From the human T2T-CHM13v2.0 reference genome, Homo sapiens: DNA of 64,000 nt. Numbering within the stretch: position 1 is the first letter of the stretch; every line of letters begins with the position of its first letter. The DNA is taken from the NCBI RefSeq assembly GCF_009914755.1, contig NC_060939.1. The stretch is one strand, 5' to 3'. The position numbers and the translations under genes were made by a program. Under the pieces are notes generated by a model that had not been told where the DNA came from, did not search any database, and saw only the letters and a list, made by a program, of their open reading frames with translations. Below, one piece after another: positions 53,510-64,000 of this stretch.

Positions 53510-54796
53510 AGAAATGCCCACATTTGTAAAGTTGGTTGCTGCTAGGGTCCAACTCTGCTATCAACATTCACCTATGAGGTCTGGGAATGGGAACTTGTGT
53601 TTAAGGAGACTCCTTAAGTGCAAAGACTGCCCATCTTTAACCATACTACTTTTCTGATAACAAAGCTGAAATTTTCATCATTTTTTTTTGATTTGACAGG
53701 AGCTATTATTTTAACTAAACTGGAATGTGTCCTGCAGTTTTCACTTTCCCATAATTCACTTATTTTTTTCTGTTCTAAAGTTTTCTCTAATTTTGAAATT
53801 AATAGAAAAAACAACACAAAATATTTTACTTAGTCACAGTGATATGTCTATTTTTGTATTCATTCACCTCCCCTCTCCCCACACAAGAACCCCCCAGCAC
53901 ATTCCTACTTTCTGGAATGAAAATAGCTCTGAGAAGTATGGATTTTGAGGTTCAACATCCGCACTTTTATTTCTTTTTCCATTGTAAAAACAAATGGTCT
54001 CTAATAATTGATGTCAAACACAGTCTTTAGGCTGATGAAATACAGTAAGCCTGAGAACGAATAAGGCAACTAAATGGAGCTGTTTTATTTAACAGAGAGC
54101 ACAGTGATCTTCCTTACAAGCGGGATTCCCGAGAGGAAAATGTTTGTAATCAGATTTGACTCTAGGATTAAGAGGGCAAGGTGCGACCCTCTTAGTGAAC
54201 CGGAAAGTAAGCAACGGTACACAAGTGTTCTCACCAGGGACAGCAAATGGGAGTTGCCAAGATTACAAGATCCCAAGACCTAAACTATTTCACGTGCTGA
54301 ACTAAACTCAAAACTTTGTGGGATTTGTTTTAAATTTCTCATTGGCAAGTGGTGACTTCCTGCTCTCGCAAGAAAAAAGATTAAAGGGGTTTGTTTACTG
54401 TCTCTGACACAAACAGCTCTTACAACACATTTTGTACACTTGACATAAATGAAATTTAATCAAACTGGTCAAATTCCTTTGGGAGGTGGGGAGAAAATAA
54501 ATCAATCAGCAAGAAGCACTTGTGATTTCCAAAATAATGATAACATAAGTCTTTCTCCATGTCAAACATCACTGTTTCCAGATAAGCGACTTAGCTCTAC
54601 TATAAAACACAACCCATAGCCAAATTGCTTCTTGTCAAAGCACTAAGGGATCCTCCAATAATGTCACTCTACCAAGGCAGATTCAGAACTCACCCTCCTC
54701 TATACCTCTGCCTCTGCAGCTTTGTACCCCAGCAGGGGCCAGCCAGCACACGATTTCTGAAAAGGGCCATAAAATAAATGAATAAATGTAGTAGAC

Positions 54797-55165
54797 TTTT
54801 TTTTTTTTTTTTTTTGAGACAGGGTCTCACTCTGTGGCCCAAGCTGGAGTGCAGTGGTGCAATCTCGGTTCACTGCAACCTCCGCCTCCCGGTTCAAGCA
54901 ATTCTCGTGCCTCAGCCTCCTGAGTAGCTGGGATTACAGGTGTGCACCACCACACCCGGCTAATTTTAGTAGTGCCTGTAGTCGCAGCTAATCCGGAGGC
55001 TGAGGGAGGAGAATGGCGTGAACCTGGGAGGCAGAGCTTGCAGTGAGCCGAAATCGCATGCTGCACTCCAGCCTGGGCGACAGAGTGAGACTCTGTCGCA
55101 AAAAATAAAATAAAATAAAATAAAATAAAATAAAATAAAATAAAATAAAATAAATAAAATAAAAT
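54797..55165. mobile_element. Head-to-head fused Alu right arms
   Basis: Reverse arm at 54797-54970 abuts a forward arm at 54972-55165 with a (TAAAA)n tail. Confidence 0.92.
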
Positions 55166-55816
55166 TCCTGGTAGTTTTCTGTGATATATCACAAGGTGAT
55201 ATTTCTGTTACATTTTGTAGGAGAAGGATTTGTCTTTATTTTTCTTCTGTCTTATATTTTTCCCTCAGACTTTTGATAAGCCTTGATCACTTTTTTTTTT
55301 AGGGACTACAGCTCCTTGACTGCAAAGTAACAACTGTTGCAAAAGGAAGTTTTCTACTTGTTAAAATCCAGTAGCTTGTTACCCCTATTGTTTAAATACT
55401 GGATTTTTCTTTCAAATTTCACAAATATCTTAGGAATGACTGGAACATTTGTGTTCTTAACACTGAGGAAATTCCTGTGTAGACAAATGAGGCCAGATGG
55501 AGGGTGCAGCAGAGAGCTTAATATCCTCTTGGAATGGAAGAGGGGCCACACTAAAACATGCACCAGGCCTTCGAGGGGCCGCTATTTTCCAGTATACACA
55601 TGTAAGAGGCATTTTTCTTTTTTTCTTGACTGGGGCCAAAGGTAACTTTCGTGTCAGAAGTGAGTGCTAAGTGGCTGAGTAGGTTTGAGGAAGGCTTAGC
55701 GATCCAGCTTATTTATAGACAATCCGATTATAATATTTATGATCATTGATTTTTAAAAATTACTGGACCTCTTAAAAATGGTTAGATATGAGACTGGTAT
55801 ATACTGAAGCTAATAG

Positions 55817-57250
<1,434 letters not shown>

Positions 57251-57270
57251 ACTTTGGATATAGGAGTTGA

Positions 57271-57672
<402 letters not shown>

Positions 57673-57814
57673 CTATACATGTTATTTTTTAAAAACAAGA
57701 GAACTTTAAAAAATGTAACAAAAACGTACACCAAAAAATGTATACTTCAGACCTTGAAGAAATATATTCTACATTTTTACAGCAGACATTAATGAACCTT
57801 TAGTCCTGTGTGCC

Positions 57815-58327
57815 TGTGGCTGACTGCCACAATTACTACTTGAGACCGTCACTATGACAGTTATTACCGTTACTACTTGAGACCGTCACTACGACAGTTA
57901 TTGTTACTACTTGAGACCGTCATTACAGGACTGAACGAAAGGACAAACGTAGAAATGATTAAAGAAATCTGTTTTAAAGGAAGGGGAAACCGGGAAGAAG
58001 GGAGCTCCCTGCTTCTAGTGAGCGAAGGCAGCCCCCCGAGCTTCCACAGCCCTTCGCATTCATTGGGAGAATGAGCAGGGAGGAGGCGGTAAGACTGGTC
58101 AGCTGTTTGATTATCACAAGTTCTCATTACTAACAGGCTTCAGTTGTGTCTAATCCTAAACACTTGCACCTGGGTGGTGACTGCCCTCAGCAGTCCTTCT
58201 GGGCGGCAGACACAGGTTGTCAGTTTGCCAACACCCTGCTCTCATGAGAAACAGTTTGCTGCTTACTCACGTGGCCTCCAGTGGTATACTGAGTTGATCA
58301 CGACCCTCAATCTTTCGGCCCCTAAGA
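57815..58327 (-). mobile_element. Solo ERV1 LTR, LTR10-like, with internal tandem repeat
   Basis: Terminus tgtggctgactgccaca and three copies of ttactacttgagaccgtca; family assigned from memory. Confidence 0.6.
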
Positions 58328-58664
58328 GCCGCAGGGGGGTGGGGAGGTGCCAGGCTGCTGAGGCCTTTGGGTTCCTAGGCTGCTGGCATTTTAAAACCAC
58401 CACTGTATTCCACCTCCCCTTGGATAACACGCAGAAACAGGCCAAGAAGAAATTACCTGCTGTTGGTTATTTCTATTTCAAATGAATACTAGCTGAACAT
58501 TTACTAAATGACATTGTCAGGTTTCAGCAAAAGCGGCCTGTAATAGTTGGGTGAGGACAGGGAAAGACTTTGAAATGGGCAGAAAAGATTACGGGATGTC
58601 CTGCAGGTTCAGTGTGCTTTGGCCTATTTTTCAACTGTCTAAATTTTCGCCGCCAAAGTCGCCA

Positions 58665-58773
58665 AAACCGCCTCCGCCGCAGCCTCCTCAAAAGCCGCCC
58701 CCGCCGCCGCTGCAGCCAAAGCCTCCTCCTCCTCCTCTTCCTTCTCTCTCCTCCCTCACCTCCTCCTTCCTTC
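58665..58773. repeat. Imperfect (CCG)n/(CCT)n tract
   Basis: ccgcctccgccgcagcctcct...cctcctcctcctcctcttcc. Confidence 0.85.
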
Positions 58774-58899
58774 TAGGAAGCTTACTGGAGTGAAACTTGA
58801 ACGTTTTCAAAAAAGGTTAACGCAAATGATTCTTGTCCAAAGAAACAGAAATAATAGAAGTGTGAAGGGGCGTGGGAGGGGGTTGACATGTGCCGCGTT

Positions 58900-59256
58900 C
58901 AGGCCCGGGGCACCGGCGAGGGTGGGCGTGTGAGCGGGGGGTGGGGGCGTTAACGGTGTCTTCTCCCCACAAATGAAAGAGAAATAGTAAATTCTCCTGG
59001 GGTGGCGAATCAGGTGGGAAGGTGGAGCCCACAATCTTTGCAAACTCTCTGGGGAGCCAGGGGTTGGTAGCTGGGAAGACTGTTGGGTGGTGACCCTGGG
59101 GGAGGGGAAGGGGCCGGGGAGCGGGGAACGGGGGCAGCCCCTGGGGAGGAACGGGAGAGGGAGGAGGACGCCAGGGGCACAGGGACAGCCTCCGGGGCGG
59201 GGCGCGGCGCCAGCCTAGCCCGAGGATGGAGGCTGAGGCCGCCTGTTGAGTCACAG
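58900..59256 (+). ncRNA. LUNAR1: Probable first exon of the lncRNA LUNAR1
   Basis: CpG island just beyond the PGPEP1L 5' end, where LUNAR1 is known to lie; strong donor CAG|GTAAGG at 59256/59257; RBPJ motif GTGGGAA at 59014-59020. Identity rests on position and the 5' boundary is a guess. Confidence 0.5.
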
Positions 59257-60604
59257 GTAAGGGGAGCCGCTCTGGCCAGGCCCAGGGCCGCCCTCGTTCC
59301 TCCCGGAGCGCAGCGACAGCTCCTCCCCGCGTCTCGGGTTTCAATGGCTCGACCTGCCGGAAAGCCCCGGGCCCGCGCGCTGCAACAGGATCCCGTAAAC
59401 AGCGCGCGGCGGCCAGGGAAACTTTCCCCGGAGCCGGCGCCGGGGTGCGGCGAGCCGCGCACCTGTTGTTGCCTCGGGACTGAACTGCAGCGGCGGACCG
59501 GCGGGCGGGGGGCCTGGACGTCGAGTGCGGGGCCGGCGGGGCCCCCGCACTCACCCTCGGGAGCGTTTAAGTCCCTCCCGGGAAGAAGGGGGAGGAAGTG
59601 CTCGGGGGAGCCGGAAGAGGCACTGCCAGCATCAACTCCACGCGCGCCCCGGCCTCGGCGCCCGGCCTCGGTCACGGCTTCTCTCGGAGGTCCCCCGGGG
59701 ACACCGGGCGCCGGGACTGACCCGGGCTTGCTTCCCAGGCGCGGGAGCGTGGGGAAGTCCCTGCCTTCCCAGGGTCTCCGCTGTCTTGTCTGTGAAATGG
59801 GAACCGCACAGTGGGGGAGAATTCTTTACGGCCGCTCGGGTTACTGCGAGCGCCCCTTCCGCCCCCGCCACCTTCCCTGCGCCGGGACGCCTCGGCTGTG
59901 GTCGGGGGCGCAGAGGTGGAGCGGGTCGGGGTCGCCGGAGCCCGGGCTTCGTGCCATTTCTGGCCCTGGAGCGCGCGCGTCCCCGAGCCTGTCGCTTCCC
60001 GGGCCCCAGGGGGTGCCATGCTTGGCCCTATCTCCAGAAAACCAGGCAGAGCGGGTGCACCTTCTGAATCTGAAAGCACGTGAAACAAAACACCCCAAAG
60101 CCCACCAGCCCCTGAAGTGCTCGGATAGGAGCAAGAGTAGCGCCCTTGGATGCTGAGAAAGTGCCTCTTTACCTCCTGCCCCTTCCCTTCTCCTTGTGGG
60201 GACATGTGGCGGGGCCGGGTGTGAGAATGAGACCCGTTTCCCGAGGGAAGGAGGGCGCGGTGACCGGCTGTTCCGGCCCCTACACGTCCAGTCCGACCCG
60301 TTAGGCGCCCTGGCCGCAGGTGGCCCGCCCTCCCCAGCAGCAGCTCAGCCGCAGACTGGCCACTTTCTCCCGCCACACGTCTCGGTAGGGAACAAAAAAT
60401 CTCATAAAGGCTCCTCTACCTTTTCTTGGAAGGCAACTTTAGCGGCGATTTACGCTCTTTTATGACTTGCTCTAAAAGCTGTGACTTAGAGTTGCTTTTC
60501 TGCTGATTTTAGGCGAGTTAAGGAGGGAAGGTAGCGATTAGCCAATTGTATGGATTAGTTACATTTTTCGTGGACGTTTTAGTTGGCCTAGAGATTGAGA
60601 AAGG

Positions 60605-60924
60605 GTTTTTTGTTTATTTGTGTGTTTGTTTTGAGACAGAGTCTCTGTCACCCAGGCTGGAGTGCAAAGGCGCAATCTCATCTCACTGAAACCTCCGCCC
60701 CGCCCCCACCCCCTCCCGGGTTGAAGCAATTCTCCTGCCTGAGCCCCTCGAGTAGCTGCTTCTACAGGCGCCCGTCACCATGCCCGGCTAATTTTTGTAT
60801 TTTTAGTCGAAACGGGGTTTCACCTTGTTGGCCAGGCTGGTTTCGAACTCCTGACCTCAAGTGATCCGCCCGCCTAGGCCTCGCAAAGTGCTGGGATTAT
60901 GGGCCTGAGCCACCATGCTCGGCC
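60605..60924 (-). mobile_element. AluS at the CpG-island edge
   Basis: TSD gagaaagg. Confidence 0.93.
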
Positions 60925-61811
60925 GAGAAAGGTTTTTTGTCTTTCGTTTTGGAAGGGGAGATACTATTTCTTTTTTGATTGTTTTCTCTATGCTTCTTTC
61001 TAGAAAGTTGGGTTTCACGGTTGTGGATGGCAAGTACTGTTTCCAGTTTACATGTTGGAGAACTAGGACGAGGAAAAAAAGTGATTTGCTCTTTGAATCT
61101 CATCTTCCTCATCTACAAAATAGAGGAGATTCTGCCCACTTAGGGGCTTATTGTAGAGCAGTATTACACCGAGGTGCTCCCAGAAGCTCCTCCCTGCCCC
61201 TAGGCCTGTGAGTGATTTCATGAGTCAGAGGGTTCCTTCCAAGGATTGCTTTAGAGATCTGTCTTACTCTACCCAGTCTCCTTGCATTTTAATGGGAAAA
61301 GTAATGGTAATTTCATCTGCTGGAAAAGTATAGTTGGCTTAAAACAGTTAAAGGATTTTCCTGTATTTATTTCAACTTTCGCTGTGGCTTTGATGGTTAC
61401 TGATGGCCAAGATGACACACAGCAGTTGCACATTAATCATTTCAACATGTGCTACGTCCTAATGGACTGGAGTTTTACATAGCTGAACCATTGCCTGAAC
61501 TTTGGTAGCCTCTTTCCAAAAAGAGCTTGAGCAAATCATGTCTACTTGGGAATCTGATTTCCTGTAGCAAGGAAGCAGGAAACTAAGAATTAGGCTTTCC
61601 GGTAAGGCTGTATCCCAGGTCCCGCGGCGCTCTAGTGCTGAAACACAGCGAAAGGCGCACGACATCCCCTGGGAGCTGTGCTGTCTGTATAGGGCTCCTC
61701 ACTGTTGGTGTGTCTGGTTTCCAGGAGGCAGGCGTGCTGTCTGAAGAGGCTTTGGAAGTACCCCAAATAATTCAGTTCTTGACCTGCCCCAGGGCCACAC
61801 ACATGCATATG

Positions 61812-61856
61812 CTCTCTCTGTCTCTCTGTCTGTCTGTCTCTCTCTCTCTCTGTCTC
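61812..61856. repeat. (TC/TCTG)n microsatellite
   Basis: ctctctctgtctctctgtctgtctgtctctctctc. Confidence 0.85.
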
Positions 61857-62225
61857 TGGATTTCTCAGAGTGTGTATGTGTTTTTAATTTCCCCGATGCT
61901 GCAGACCTTCTTAGGTTCCACCAGACCATCTGTTGCTGTCATTTCAGCTTGGAGTGCAGTGGAAAGAAAAAAGAAAGACACAGCCCGATTCTGTTACCAC
62001 CCTCATCCTTTACCTTGGCCTTCCAACATCTATAAGAACTTAACCTGCCTTGTAAGGATTAGATGAGACTCTGTGCATAAGAACCGACCGCCAGGCCCGT
62101 GGCAAAACTGAGAGTAGATTGTGGAGAAAGCCATTTGTTCTGACCTCCTCCCTTCTGTTTACATACAAAACCAAAGCCTTTGTGAGAATTGTGTATGTTA
62201 TGACCTTCATTTAGGAAGTCAGTTA

Positions 62226-62745
<520 letters not shown>

Positions 62746-63404
62746 TCAGAGTGTTTCAGGACATATACCTCCCATTGCAGATACGAAGAATTGGGCAAAA
62801 ACTCTAACTCCCGAGCTTAGGGGGAATTTAAGTGCTAATTCTAGAAAAGCCAGTGCCTGCACCTGAGCTCTGAGGGACCCCCTGTTACTTAGTGGAGAGC
62901 GAGCAGAGCAGATGGAACCCCGGGAAAGGCTGTCTCATCCTTTGGAGCATGAGAGGAGAAGAGGAGCTGAGGACAGGGGCAGAAAGCTCAGAGAGTGAGA
63001 AGTGCTGAGGACCTGGTTTTGAGACAAGGCTCCAAAGGAGGAGAGACCAAAAAGGAAAGAGGCCAGGGGCGGGCCTGATGCTGAGGGAGAGTGAGACATG
63101 TGCAGGTTTGGAGAGGCCCAGAAAAAGATCAGGGAGGGGAGAGTTGGTATATCTCGGGACGTTGAACAGGGTTGGGCACAGCTGCCATTTCCAAAGGGTT
63201 TGTGGGAATAAGAAAAAGGAGGAGGCTGAGCTTGAAGCATTAGGGAAGGGGGCTTTTCCTTTGTGTTTTTGGGTGGGGGAGGCTTGAATACATTTTTAGT
63301 AAACTAACCTTTAGGAACAGTTTACTATATGCCACGTATGGTGCTAAGCCCTTTCCTACATTACCTTAAATGATTTTAACAATAAATAGTAAACATGGAT
63401 CCAA

Positions 63405-63645
63405 AAGTTCCCCCTTATCCAGGGGAATATGTTCCAAGACCCCCAGTGGGTGCCTGAAACCGAGGACAGGACCGAACCCTGTATATACTAGGCATGAATT
63501 TCTCTTTCTTTCTTCACAGACAGCTTCATGGATAGAAATTTGTTTTTACTGCAGATCTTAGCAAGTTCATTATAGGATTTTTTCTTTCTTTCTTCCCTTA
63601 CTAAATTGAGAACTTTCACCTTTTCGCTTAAAGAAAACACTTTAC
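63405..63645 (-). mobile_element. MER44/Tigger7-like DNA transposon fragment
   Basis: cccccttatccaggggaatatgttccaagacccccagtgggtgcctgaaaccg terminus. Confidence 0.6.
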
Positions 63646-63647
63646 TA

Positions 63648-63926
63648 GCTGGGCATGGTGGCTCATGCCTGTAATCCCAGCACTTTGGGAGCCCGAGGTG
63701 GGCAGATCGCTTGAGCCCAGGAGTTCAAAACCAGCCTGGGCAACATGGCGAAACCCTGTCTCTACAAAAAAGTGCAAAAATTGGCCAGGTGTGGTGGTAC
63801 ACACCTGTAGTCCCAGCTACTTGGGAGGCTGAGGTGGGAGAATCACCTGAGCCCAGGGAGGTTGAGGCTGCAGTGATCTGTGATGGTGCCACGGCACTCC
63901 AGCCTGGACGACAGAGACTTTGTCTC

Positions 63927-63943
<17 letters not shown>
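63648..63943 (+). mobile_element. AluJ-like followed by (TA)n/(CA)n
   Basis: Dimeric Alu; microsatellite at 63944-63990. Confidence 0.93.
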
Positions 63944-63979
<36 letters not shown>

Positions 63980-64000
63980 ACACACATATATGAAGGAAGG

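Larger units (their letters stand above)
58640..60450. promoter_or_regulatory. CpG island / promoter
   Basis: About 1.8 kb of very high GC and CpG density, with GC boxes (ggggcggggc near 59194) and G-tracts. Confidence 0.92.

Noticed and set aside
57833-57922. Three 19-bp direct repeats with spacers, superficially CRISPR-like
   Set aside because: The spacers are homologous to each other, so this is a tandem repeat inside an LTR; human DNA with no cas genes.
58551-58793. Proline-rich 80-aa ORF (PPKSPKPPPPQPPQKPPPPP)
   Set aside because: It is the translation of the CCG/CCT tract with a non-ATG start; no coding evidence.
59010-60376. Long ORFs (357, 245, 234 and 221 aa) on both strands
   Set aside because: Pro/Gly/Arg/Ala-rich overlapping frames are expected in a stop-poor CpG island; no recognisable domain.

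Overview
Human DNA, recognisable as chr15q26.3. On the + strand the window holds the end of IGF1R: the last 1.45 kb of the final intron, the terminal coding exon (1453-1834) and a ~7 kb 3'UTR ending near 8920. The convergent PGPEP1L gene (pyroglutamyl-peptidase I-like) lies on the - strand from ~52140 to ~12620. A CpG island at ~58.6-60.4 kb matches, by position, the promoter of the Notch-regulated lncRNA LUNAR1. The rest is mostly Alu, L1, LTR and MIR sequence, including a full-length TSD-flanked L1PA and two solo LTR12 elements in inverted orientation. Main observations: (1) a complete PGPEP1-like 5-exon ORF can be assembled by hand, using a 34-nt ATG exon (MDSQPSCVVVTG) and a 53-nt exon (GFGPFRQHLVNSSWEAVK) that restore the family N-terminus; (2) this haplotype has a +1 frameshift in the last PGPEP1L coding exon; (3) two facing LTR12s bracket the ATG exon and offer a promoter and an alternative N-terminus; (4) there is a long nested hairpin in the IGF1R 3'UTR. 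I see no prokaryotic-type system or CRISPR array. Repeat boundaries and subfamilies were called by eye.
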